A stretch of DNA of 64,000 bases from Daphnia carinata. Its lineage: Eukaryota. Location of the stretch: positions 5,084,001-5,148,000 of the forward strand of contig NC_081333.1 in NCBI RefSeq assembly GCF_022539665.2, read 5' to 3'. The position numbers and the translations under genes were made by a program. Below the pieces are notes generated by a model. It had not been told where the DNA came from. It saw only the letters and a program-made list of their open reading frames with translations, and ran no database searches. Below, one piece after another: positions 1 to 11,735 of this stretch. Position 1 is the stretch's first letter. Each line of letters begins with the position of its first letter.

Positions 1-584
1 CTAGCGTAAGCTTACCGCAGTGACTCGTGTGAAGCACGGGCGTGGATATCAGAGAAGGCGGCGGGTAACAGAAGCTCGTCGGCACGTGGTTTAAACAATA
101 CCGATGAAATTGACACACTTCAGCACGTGACACCGATCAGATTGTTAGTATAGAGTTACTATTGGGAAGTCACTAGCTAAACTTGAACTCTGCCTGTGAG
201 AGTCAGATGCACACCGACAGCCGACTTCAACCTGACTGTTGAAGTAGAATACCCGTTGTTAACTGAACTCTCTCAGGTCTTTAGTTCACCACGAAACCCC
301 GTATATTGCACCACAATTAACTGATGCGCAATTACACGTTGCAACTAATGAAATTTGATACAGCATGTTGATGGTGCAATACTGATCAGCATAAAGCCGC
401 CAATCACAGTTGTTGTTAAGCGGCGTAGTGCCGATGTAATATGATACGGTATGCGGTGTAATTTATATTGCGCCGTTACAATTGCGCGGTTATGCTATTA
501 CGAAATACATAGGTACACATATGAGTCAACAATAAAGGCACAAAAAAGGCATATTGAATAAAAGTATTTATTGGCTTTGTTACA
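1..584 (-). repeat. 3' LTR of element A (partial)
   Basis: Direct repeat of 11150-11735 with about 15-17 differences counted by eye; ends ...GTTACA at 584. Confidence 0.95.
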
Positions 585-659
585 TCACTCCTGGCGGCGT
601 GAGATTACGTTCCGTAATCAGACGGGATGCATGGGAATGGATTCAGAGGATGTTGAATG

Positions 660-2299
660 TTAAGGCGGGCGACGGCATACGATCCCTATGATCTTGAAGA
701 GACCGCAACAGTAGCAGATGCGTAAAAAGAGTAATACCATGATGCATAAGATGCCGATGAAGAAATAATTTTTGATTGTTTCCCACCACGATGTGTAGGT
801 TCCAACACTAGAAGCCGTCACGAAAATGGTTGTGGCGCTAGGTCTACCATGTGACGTGAATTCGGATGACGGATGTTCGTTGATCACGGCTGCTATGTCG
901 GCCATGATGTTCATGTGGTTAAGCATATTGTCAGTATATGCCTGGTTACTTTGATGTTCATAGTCGAAAAATTCGACGTTCTCGTAACGGAAAGAGTGCG
1001 CCAGCGTTTGTTCAGGCAACACAATTGTGGCTTCGAGTTGTTCCCACGTATTATTACGGAAGGCATAGGGTTTGTTATTGAAATTGACTTTGTCCAATAG
1101 CAAGGGGAATATTTTACAAGTTCCCAGCCATCGAGGTTAATAGTATAATTTTGGAATTTTGGTTGTGGTCCGCACGAGGTCAATACGGTTTCAAATGTAA
1201 CATTCAAGGATTGACATTGAATTAATAGAACCGTTTTTCCGAATGCTTGTAGTTTTGTGCACCGGGGTAAGCTTAATTGTGAGGCTGCTAGCCATCCATT
1301 ATATTGAGCAGTCGTTACGGCTCTTTCATGTTTGGCTTTACGAGCATCACACTGAAGTAGCTGAATTTGTCGGGCCAGCTCGTTTTCATGATCAGTGAGT
1401 TGATCACGAATATACTGGATATTAGCGGGTATATTTAAATTTTCAGTGCCAAGTGGCGCTTGGGTCTCCACCGTTGTTAAGTTTTTCGTGATAGGCACGG
1501 TCGTGACGAAGAGTTTAGGCTGGCTGATTATTTCATAGGAAGAAGTCTTATTGGAGCAGTTTTGCTGCATTGAGACGCAATGCTGTACCGGTGTCAAATG
1601 GAAGTCTAATTGATTCCCGTCGTCTTGGAGTCGGAAGATTTGTTTTTCCCCTGGCAATCGGTTCAACATACCGATGCCATCCTCGGCGAGTCTGGTAGTT
1701 CCTTTAGTTTTCTGCATGTAGGTTTTGTCCCAAATCAGCGTTAGATGATTATGTGACAGATTGCCTGACGCAGCAGAAGCAGTTCCGATAGGTGTTGAAA
1801 AGTCTGCGTCCTCCTTTTGTTGGAAAAGCTCGACTTTTTCGAGAACACAGTTAATAATTGACGAATCGATTGTTTGTAACCAGTATCCAGAGGTATCTGG
1901 TTCACTGTCAAACACAAATTTTCCGTCCACAAAAGCCATTCGATTATCGTTGCACCTTTTGTTGGTAATCATTTCGTTGCATTCGGCGGGTGTGGTATCG
2001 ATTGAAATTTTATCTGGCACTATCAATAGTTGTCCGAAAAAGGTCATAGTGATATGGCGGATATTTTTCCAACGGGCACAAATATATCCTGAGAATTTGG
2101 TTGCGGCACGTTCTTTACTATACACTGCATATTTCACCTTCACGGCCTTATTATCGGTGGATATCGATTGGCCCTTCGCATCGGAGAATTGAAGGATTCC
2201 CACCTTCGATGGCTCCACGCAATCGCATACGGTCACATCAAATGCCTGGGATTGTAACCCGTAGAGGCATAGAAGCAGCAGAAATGGAAATGGGGACAT
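660..2299 (-). pseudogene. env: env-like class III fusion glycoprotein of element A (one frameshift near 1100)
   Basis: Signal peptide MSPFPFLLLLCLYGLQSQA, Cys-rich ectodomain, many N-x-S/T sites. After the frameshift (SPCYWTK/VNFNNKP) comes a C-terminal TM segment YFFIGILCIMVLLFL with a CYCC tail. Lies just inside the 3' LTR. Confidence 0.85.
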
Positions 2300-3438
2300 T
2301 TCTATAACTGGAGAATATATACAAACAAAAGAAAATATGAAATTTGACAGAATATATATATATAACGTCATCGTGTGGGTTTTCTAAGTAACATCAAAAA
2401 TATAAAGAAAGAAGTGGGGAAGTGAAAGTGAGGAAAAAACCGACGGCTGTTGAAAGGTCAGAGGCTTTCCAGTCAACTTTAGCAGCAGGCTACGGCGTAA
2501 GGGAAGGATAAAGGGCACTGGGATATAATAGTGTTTGGAGAGGGAAGCACAACTTGTTTTTGATACTATTTCGTATCGTTAGGAAGAGAAAAAGATAACC
2601 ATAATTATCAAAAAGATAAATTAAGAAAATACGGCATAGCTTAGTGGGGAGGGCGAGAAAAGAAACGTGTAAAATTTTGCTGCGGAAAGAGATTCTGCCG
2701 TGGAAGTCCAAGGTCCACGAGTAGTATTACTTCCAGGCAATTAGGGGCGGTGCTATTACTGTATTCTCCGAGTGGCTATGGACAAGCCGCAGTGTGTGTG
2801 AACGAAAGGGAAAGTGGCATATTGGGCAAAAAATAATTAGTTGGTTACGCTTGGAAGGTATTTATGGAGTGAATGATGGAAGGAGACATGTAAGAGATGG
2901 GAAAGAAGACAGGCAAGGAAATTTCACATTGTGGTTCATAAAATCCATCAGTCGTGCGTTAGTATATGTTTGTTTGTTTGTTTGTTTGTGTTTTTTTTGT
3001 TGTTGTTGTTGTTGCTTTTGGTTAGTATTCAACGGTAAATCCTACTCATCTACTGTGTTAGTCTGTCAAAATATATATCTACAAACTACTGCAATACGAC
3101 TAGTAACTTGTTATGAGGGGTCTTTCATTTACGTGGCTCTACGAAAGTGTACTGAAAAGGTTTTTTTTTTTTAAATTTTGATTATTAGGATTGATATATA
3201 TTCATTTTCATCATTTTTGTAAGGTAAATGGTTAATCACTACTGCTTTTATTTTCATTCGATAAAGGCCTAAAAAGATAAAGCGAATAAGGACATATGAT
3301 ATAATTAAAGGGAAACGTAAGAGTAACCATGGAGATAGAAAGGGAAGTTTGAGATTAAGACAAGAAATAAACACATGATAAGAACGTTAAAACGGATAAC
3401 ATATAGAAGTTGTTTTTTTTTTTCATTCATCGTTCCTC

Positions 3439-3972
3439 TTAGAGGTATGTCGACCTCTTAGCACGAGGACCCTCCTCGTCGTCGCTTCCGCCGAACTGCT
3501 TCTGGGGTGAGTCCCAGTGGCACGCAGTCCATCCGTAGAGGGATGGGTGGCGTTTCTCGGGATCCAGATCGAGGATCCCCTTCAGGGTGTCGACGGCATC
3601 ATGCCATTTCTTGTCGTACAGGTTGATAAGGAGGCGTGCGATCAGTCGATTCGTCTTGATCTCTAGCTGCTTCGCTTTCCAGGCCGCTTCCAGGTGCCAA
3701 TCCGTAGTGCGGCTTCCGCCTTGGCTGAGATCGACGGCGTCCTCCGTCTCACAAGGCCTCGGCGAGTCCTTGGCGACGGTCTCCCCCGCGTCAAATGGTA
3801 GTGGCTGTGGTGATTCCGGTGAGACGCGTTCCACCGTAGAGTTGCTGCCCGACTGAGACACGATGTCCACTACAATGACATCCTGAACCTGGATCGGAAT
3901 GGCCACCATTGGGGTCCAGGTGCCGACAATTCCGTTTGCGTTTACAGCGGATTGTTGAGTGTGGCTCTCCAT
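3439..3972 (-). CDS. Uninterrupted 177-aa ORF of unknown function between pol and env of element A
   Basis: ATG-initiated ORF, GC-richer than its flanks, same sense as the element, preceded by TATATAAAG at 4067-4059. Confidence 0.55.
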   Translation of the reverse strand: MESHTQQSAVNANGIVGTWTPMVAIPIQVQDVIVVDIVSQSGSNSTVERVSPESPQPLPFDAGETVAKDSPRPCETEDAVDLSQGGSRTTDWHLEAAWKAKQLEIKTNRLIARLLINLYDKKWHDAVDTLKGILDLDPEKRHPSLYGWTACHWDSPQKQFGGSDDEEGPRAKRSTYL

Positions 3973-4371
3973 TTGGTTCTCGTTTAAAAACTTGCGAGAC
4001 AGGGAGTTCGTAAGTGCTGAGAGTAAGAGAAGCTGTGATATGGTTCACCCAACGATCGCTTTATATAGTAGTCCACTCGTTGTTGCCTTAACAATCTGGG
4101 CTATTCGGTATGATGTCACTACATTCCATCCCTGTAACGAACCAGTTTCCTCCTATTTCGCTGCGGGCGTCGGGTGACACTTTCATGATGCGACAACGTT
4201 GATGTCACATCATCCTTGGATTCAAATTGCTGAAGGTCGCAATCCTTGTCGGCGTGTATAGGAGTATTCTCGGAAAATGCCATTGGATGCTGTGGATTAT
4301 TCGTAACATCGCAATTGTCATACGAAGACAATCGCCCTTCGATCAGCAGATGAGACTGTTTGATCATATTG

Positions 4372-7300
4372 TCACTTTTCTAGTTGATGATCCACCGAAC
4401 GGGTGTCTGATATCAGTTCTGTGACGGCCTTGGACGCAACATTGGGCTGTCTTGCGGCTTCAGCATCGATCTCGTGTTCACACACATTGGTCGTTTGAGT
4501 CGCAACTGACTTGCGTAATCGGTTCTCAAATTCCGAGGGGGTCTCAAGTAGCGGGCAATGCTCATCTTTCCATAGCATTGTTTCGTACAATGGTTTTAAT
4601 CTATTTACATGCGTGCGCTGACATGTGTACGAGTTATCAGCGATATCCACCGTATTATTCGAATAAACTTTTACTATTCTATAAGGGCCTTTATACTTTG
4701 AAGTGAATTTTCTGCTATCTCCTTCTTTAACTACTCGGATATCCAATAACACCCGATCGCCTACCGCGTATCGGTTTTCATTTGCGCGCTTATTATATTG
4801 TTCCCTTTGGCGCTTCCTAGCTTTCTCGCTTTCTTCTCTAAATCTTTGAAAACTATAACGCAGACGTTCTGTTAAATTACCTACATAATCAGAAGAAGAC
4901 TTAAATGTTTTGGGGGACGCATCAAGAAATTCGTTGATAGGGATGTTTGGTCTCTTCCGTGGAGTAAATAATACGGGGTGTCAAGTGTTGAAGAATGGAC
5001 TGAGCTACGATAAGCGAACAGAACATCGTCTAGAATTTCTTCCCAATTAGCATGTTCGCCGTCCTTTAATTCTTTCTTTAACATAGACGTCAAAGTTCGA
5101 TTGAACCACTCGGTCTCCCCATTACTAGCAGGGTTATAGGCAGTGGTTAAACGCTGATCAATCTTCAATTTTTTACAAAAATAGCGAAACAATTTTGACG
5201 TGAAATTTGTTCCACGGTCAGAAAGAATGGCCTTAGGCATTCCATGCCTAACTATTACAGTTTTATACACACATTCTACTGTTGTCTGAGCAGTTTGATC
5301 TTTTAAGGCAACAGCCTCAACCCAACGACTAAAATAGTCCGTAATAACTAAAATGTAGCTATTGCCGTTTGGCGAAACTGGGGTGATAGGACCCAAAAAG
5401 TCCATTCCAATTACATCGAAGGGAGCCTTTGCAATTTCATGCGGATGCAAAAGTGCTCGATACTGTGAAGAAGAGTTAGCTATACATACTTCACAAGCCC
5501 GGCAATATTCTTTAATATCGCCCCTCATATTTGGCCAATAATAATTATTTTTAACTTTCATATAAGTTTTATAAAATGCTAAATGTCCACCCATCGGTGC
5601 GTCATGTAGTTCTTTAAGCACTAGATGGCGTAAAGATAATGGCAAAACCAATTGATGGTAAGTGTCGTTCCTTTTACTACTCTGAGATGGCAGTTCTCGT
5701 CTATAAAGGGTTCCTTCAATTATCTCAAAATATTAAATTTCCTTCACCCACTCGGGTTTCGATACTTGAAAAATCTCATCTAGTTCTCCTTTCTCAAGGT
5801 AATTCCTGATAACGACACAAAGGTCATCATCCAATTGTTTTTCAAAAATCAATTTAATATACTGCACAGTTCGAATATTAGCTACTTTTAACCTTGATAA
5901 ACAGTCCGCGTTCTGATGAATGCGACCTGGTCTATATTTTAATTCGTAATTGGTGGCGGCTAATAAAATAGCCCATCTTCCTAATCTTCCATTATTGTCT
6001 TTCTGGTTTTTAAGCCACTGCAAGGGACGTTGATCACTAATTATCTCAAAGGGTTTATCCAAGGATAATTACGAAAATGTTTAATGGCATCCACGACTGC
6101 TAGAGCTTCCTTTTCAATTGTACTATAATTCACTTCAGCCTTAGTTAATTGTCTGCTAGAATACGATATTGGATGCTCTTGACCGTTTTGCATTTGAGAT
6201 AAGACGGCCCCAATACCATAGTCACATGCGTCAGTGAAAAGAATAAATTTTTCATTAAAATTTGGATATGCGAGAACCGGCGGTGTAACCAGGGATATCC
6301 GCAACTTTTCGAAAGCAACTTGCTCTTCCTCCCCCCATGAAAAAGGTTTTCTACTGAGATACTTATGTGTTAATCTAGTCAAAGATTTTGCGATAGAACC
6401 AAAGTTTGGAATAAATCTTCTATAATGACCTGCTAAGCCAAGAAATGACCTCACTTCATCGACGGAAGTGGGCGTTTTGTAATTCAGTATTTTATTAATT
6501 TTACCAGGATCAGGCTTAATTCCCTCAGTCGAAATAACATGGCCTAAGTAATTTACTGAACGTTTAATGAATTGGCATTTCTTAAGTTTTAATTTTAAAT
6601 TGGCCCTTTTTAATAAGGTAAAAAATTCCCCGGATATCGTCTAAATGATGTTCAAAAGTGTCTGAAAATATGATGACGTCATCCAAGTAAACTAATGCTT
6701 TATGTCCCAAAACGTCTTTCAGTACATAATTCATTACCCTTTGAAACGTGGCAGGTGCGTTGCACAAGCCAAACGCCATTCGTTTAAACTCGTACAGATT
6801 GTTTTCTACTACAAAAGCTGTTTTTTCAATATCTGGTTCATCCACTTGAATTTGCCAATAGCCGGATGCCAAATCCAGGGTTGTGAAAATTTTTTTCCCA
6901 TATAGTTTATCTAACGTTTCATCAATCCTCGGCATAGAAAATGAATCTTTTTTTGGAATAGCATTCAATTTCCGATAATCAACGCAAAACCTTACGTCTC
7001 CGCCTTTTTTCTGAACTAATACCACAGGTGACGCCCATGGAGAATGGGAATATTGTATTACATTAGCGTCCATCATTTCCTGCACTTTATCATCCAATAT
7101 CTTTCTTTGGTGGTTTGTAACTCGATAGGGTCGCTGTCGAATAGGGCCTCTTCCTTGTGTGTCAATCGTATGCATAATGAGATTAGTGCTCCCTAGTTCT
7201 GAATCTTTTGTTGCAAACAAGTCGTGAAAGTCATTCAATAATGTTGAGAGCGGAGCTTGAAATTCAGCGTCGACTTCTGAAATTAAAGCTAACTCATGTT

Positions 7301-8099
7301 TTGTAGTAGGCTTTTCCTCTAGTTTACGTAAAGCAATCTTTCCAATTACATTATGAATTACTTCGATTATGCCTAATGTTGTGTTCCTAGGAAGTTTGAC
7401 TTGATTTAACGAATGATTTTCGACCATAATTTGATATTTCTTATTTCCCGATACATTTCCAACGAATTCTTCAATAAAAATGCCGGCCGGCAAATCCTCT
7501 GCTGGATTAAAAATAAACGTGCTTTTAGGGGGAACATACGGAAATGACCCTGTCATTTGCGCTGCGATTACGATCGACGTCTGACGAGATAGCGTCGTCT
7601 TTTTGACCGTCGTAATTGCCATGTCTGGTACCCTAGAGATGGCTGATCCCTGCTCATCCCTTGCTAAATAAATACGTTTGGCTTCTCCGTCAAGGCGAAA
7701 ACCGTGTCTCTGGATCGCATCCCATCCAAGGATACAGTCTTCAGAGACACCATTTTTAACAATGAACTCCTGCTGTAAAACTGAATCTCCATATCGTACG
7801 GGTAATGTAACTTTTCCCAGCGTATGCAACTTTTTCTCCCCTACATCATACAAATCGAAATCAAGCTGACTGCTTGTTACTTGATTTCTCGGGGGTAACT
7901 TCTGAAATATCTTCTCGTGAATAATGCTTCTAGACGCGCCTGTATGAAATAGTGCTTGTAAAGGGATCTGAAAAATCTTTAATGGAATTCTGGGGGTCGA
8001 TTCGTTTATGATTGTTGTTAATTTTGCGACTTGTCGGGCTTTCAACTGAGGCTCCTTATCAACTGACCCGAAGTTACAGTTGATGCTTATTGGTTTCCC
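4372..8099 (-). pseudogene. pol: pol of element A (PR-RT-RNase H-integrase), disrupted
   Basis: Protease ALFHTGAS (catalytic D replaced by H), RT LDLASGYWQ and YLDD, RNase H TDACDYGIGAVL and EKEALA, integrase HHCC, DDE and GPY; several stops and frameshifts. Confidence 0.95.
8058..8099 (-). promoter_or_regulatory. -1 programmed ribosomal frameshift signal (gag-pol) of element A
   Basis: G_GGA_AAC heptamer at 8099-8093 in the gag frame, 8-nt spacer, then the stem ATCAACTG...CAGTTGAT; the -1 frame is open into pol. Confidence 0.8.
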
Positions 8100-9342
8100 T
8101 GATGTTGAAGGGGACCTGGAATATTAGGCCTACTGGCCCTATACTGGGGACAGTTGTTCGATTTATGGCCAATCACACGGCAAGAGTAGCAAATTGGAGG
8201 TTGTGCTTGTTCCAACATATGCCGCTGAAATTTTCGGCACTCCGATTGAGTATGACCCCGGAAACCGCAGAAGTTACAGGTTATTACATTCTCAGTAGGC
8301 CTATTATTAGGATTATTACTAGATCTTGGGAAAGATGGTGTATAGTTTGTAGGCCTATTTTGGTTCCTATCTCCTTGGTAAGGGTGGGCGTTAGTATTGG
8401 GGTAGCGTGGAGGGTTTGGTTTCCAGTTTCTTTCCCGATTGACGCTATCTGTTTGAAATGATACCCTTTTCCTAAACCGGGCGCCTGCCAAAGAAGAAAC
8501 ATTATCCCTTTTATCAAGTTGGAGTTGTTTGACCGCCTGGCTAAGCTCGCGCAGTGCTTCTTTAATTTCACCCTTCTCCGATTTTGGAGTATCTACGGTC
8601 TTATTTCCTTGACGTATATTTGCGACGGCATGAGTGACTATCGCCTTCTGATCAATTAACATTTGTTTAATCTCATTCAATTCTGAATTTTCCACACCTT
8701 TCGACTCGTCAATTGCCTTAATAAACTCGTGTTTTTCACGGTCAGAGTCAAGTGCCTCCAAGCGAACAGCATAAACGCGTGCCGCTGCAACCAGGGCGTT
8801 AAAGTCACTAAATTCTTTGTACCCAACCTGCAATTTTGAATCCAACCCTTCTTTAATTTCTGCATAAGGATAATTGAGAATGATCGCTCGGTATTGCCTA
8901 CAGGATACGCTTTCTTAAAGATTTCCTGCAGACGGTGGGCGTAATCAACTATTTTCTCGCCCGGCTTACGCTTAGCCTTATTAAATTTTTTAATATACAG
9001 GTCGACGTTTTCGTCCCCGTGAAAGTAGTCGAGCAAAGCTTCCTTAGCAGCCGCGTAGTCATTAGGATGTTCCCTACAACATTTTTGTTCCACAACATTT
9101 TTCGCTACAGAGAAAGCCCTATCGGTCATTTTAGTCCTCAGCATCTGAATAATCTTCTCCTCTGACCATCCTGATCCTTCAACTACGCCTTCAAACGAGT
9201 CGATCCAGGAATCAAAACGGGAAAGTGGGCTTCCCGAAAAAGAAGGAAGCAGTTGCAGGCGCGAGAAGGTATGCTGAGTGGTCTGAAGGTCGTTTAAGTC
9301 GTTGACTGTGGCTGCACGTGGCGGAGAGAAAGAACTAGCCAT
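8087..9342 (-). pseudogene. gag: gag capsid/nucleocapsid of element A (frameshift near 8850)
   Basis: LPSFSG...FDSWIDSFE capsid motif; two CCHC knuckles (CNFCGFRGHTQSEC, CYSCRVIGHKSNNC). Confidence 0.9.
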
Positions 9343-9365
9343 GTTTGGATTAAAAGATGAAAATC

Positions 9366-10892
9366 TTATTGGTCGTCGCTGTGGGTTCTGAGGGAGTTCT
9401 GGAATGTCGCTAGAAATTGACTGACATCCTCTAGTATTTCCTGTTGGCTGGGGGGTTGGGTGTGAGGAAATATTTGGTTAATTGTCTGTCTGCAACGTTG
9501 GTGTCTGCAGCGTGACCGTCTCTTCTTCGAGGTACCTTCCGCCAGCGGCGGTGTTTGTTGGACCCGCGTTGCTTGTTGTTGCGTTTGGTTCGTTTGTATG
9601 AACAACAGCGCTTGTTTCAATTGTATTTCCGTTTGCGTGATTATTGGCTTGATGTCGTTCGCCTTCTGTGCGTTGACTGGGTTGTTGGCTTCCGGAAAAT
9701 TGTTCAGTTTGTCCACAAGAAATTGAATTTCCGGTTGTAGTAGCTCCAAGTTGTTGATTAAGTGTAGTTTCTTCAAGTACGACGCTAGGTTGTCCACTTC
9801 CTTCAGGAATACGCGCTGTGACGCCAGTAGGATTTCCTCTAGGTGAATTGATGTGTCGCTCACGGCCGTGATTAATGGCAAGTATACTCCGTCCTCGTCG
9901 GTGGTTTCGATATCTTTTCTCGGAACGAACCCGAAAAGTCTTCCCGCTCTTGTTGGTGTGATCTTTTGCAGATCGATGAGGTTGTAAATCTGCCCGTGTA
10001 GATAAGTCAAAACCTTCCTCGCGTGTCCCGTGAAAATTTCTTTGAGTCCTGTCACTTGTTCCTCCGTTTGTTTCTTCGTCTTCTTCCTGATCAGTCCACT
10101 GGCTTTCACTTCCAGAATGGCTGTCAAGTACTTCAATAAAATTTGCGGTTGGTACCAATTTATTTGTATTATTTGATCGGCTCGATGACCCCGCTGGATG
10201 TCGTTCATCAACCGATTCAGGTGCTCCCAGACTTTCGGGTCGCTGGACTGAAAATCTGCCTTCCTCTCCTTGAGGCTTCTGATGGCTAACAGTAGGGACG
10301 GCAGCTGGCTTTTCGGTATCTGAAAGATGCTGTCCTCGTTTTTTTTTACTTCTTGCAGCAGATGCTTGAGGCTCACGTTGAGCTCTTCTTCCATTGGCTG
10401 CTCTCTTTTCCGATTAAAAAAATTCGAAACAGCGATCGAGAGAGTTTTGGTTGGAGATGTTTGTTGCGAAACGGACTTTTTCTTTGGCGTAAGATGGTCT
10501 ACAACTCTGGCTAAAAGGGAGGGTGACTTCGTAATAGTCGAGGTTTTCTCTGTGCGCTGGGCCTGATGTTTGCGGGCGTTTGAAATGTCTAGTCTAGGTA
10601 CCTACTCGTACGCAGGATTTGATCTTAATTTCCTCTTCTGAGAGCTATCTGGGGTCGCTCTTGGTTTTAAAACAGGGGAAGCGGGTTTTTTACTAGCGTT
10701 CGTTTTCCTCTCCGAAGTCTTATACCCCGTAAACTTATCAGTATCCGCAGGCGTGGTAGTGGGCAATTGCTCATAATTAATGGACCTTGCTACAGATTCG
10801 ACAGTTGGTATGGCGGGCGTGACAGGGGTGTTCGCGGCGGGCGGAGGGGTACGAGGGAGGTTATGCTTACTCAGAAAAACATGATCAGTCAT
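9366..10892 (-). CDS. Extra ORF0 upstream of gag in element A (about 508 codons, one internal TAG at 10602-10604)
   Basis: ORF-track pieces 10602-10907 and 9366-10394 share a frame and are joined by open codons; the homolog in element C (48915-50048) has TTG at the stop position. Confidence 0.7.
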
Positions 10893-10911
10893 TGTGGGTG
10901 AGTCCAAAAAT

Positions 10912-10922
10912 CGCTGCCACCA
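10912..10922 (-). promoter_or_regulatory. Primer-binding site (tRNA-Leu type) of element A
   Basis: TGGTGGCAGCG 3 nt inside the 5' LTR; complementary to a tRNA-Leu 3' end (..CGCTGCCACCA). Confidence 0.8.
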
Positions 10923-10925
10923 TTA

Positions 10926-11735
10926 TGTAAAGCATCTCCTTCTGAAGAGTAACTTTACAGATTCAAAACGTTTAAAATAATAATAATAATAATAGTAATA
11001 ATAGGACTCGGAGGCGATTTTCCCCACACGACGATTATATTTGTCTAAGTAAAGCACAACGAAGCACGACGAAAAGAGTTGGAATAAGACATAAGTAGTC
11101 GGCAAAGGGAGAGTGAAAGAGAGAGAGAAACCGAAGTGTAATCTGACACCTAGTGTAAGCTTACCGCAGTGACTCGTGTGAAGCACGGGCGTGGATATCA
11201 GAGAAGGCGGCGGGTAACAGAAGCTCGTCGGCACGTGGTTTAAACAATACAGATGAAATTGACACACTTCAGCACGTGACACCGATCAGATTGTTAGTAT
11301 AGAGTTACTATTGGGAAGTCACTAGCCAAACTTGAACTCTGCCTGTGAGAGTCAGATGCACACCGACAGCCGACTTCATCCTGACTGTTAAAGTAGAATA
11401 CCCGTTGATAACTGAACTCTCTCAGGTCTTTAGTTCACCACGAAACCTCGCATATTGCACCATAATTAACTGATGCGCAATTACACGTTGCAACTAATGA
11501 AATTTGATGCAGCATGTTGATGGTGCAATACTGATCAGCACATAAGCCGCCAATCACAGTTGTTGTTAAGCGGCGTAGTGCCGATGTCATATGATACGGT
11601 ATGCGGTGTAATTTATATTGCGCCGTTACAACTGCGCGGTTATGCTATTGCGAAATACATAGGTACACATATGAGTCAACAATAAAGGCACAAAAAAAGG
11701 CATATTGAATAAAAGTATTTATTGGCTTCGTTACA
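10926..11735 (-). repeat. 5' LTR of element A (810 bp)
   Basis: TGTAAAG...GTTACA termini; repeated at 1-584. Confidence 0.95.

Larger units (their letters stand above)
1..11735 (-). mobile_element. Ty3/Gypsy LTR retrotransposon A with env-like and extra ORFs (3' end runs off the window)
   Basis: LTRs at <1-584 and 10926-11735; tRNA-Leu-type PBS; minus-strand order ORF0-gag-PR-RT-RH-IN-ORFX-env; purine-rich tract next to the 3' LTR at 585-595. Confidence 0.95.

Noticed and set aside
911..1095. C-terminal tail of the 486-aa ORF
   Set aside because: Out-of-frame product after the env frameshift; the TM-containing frame is 660-1103.
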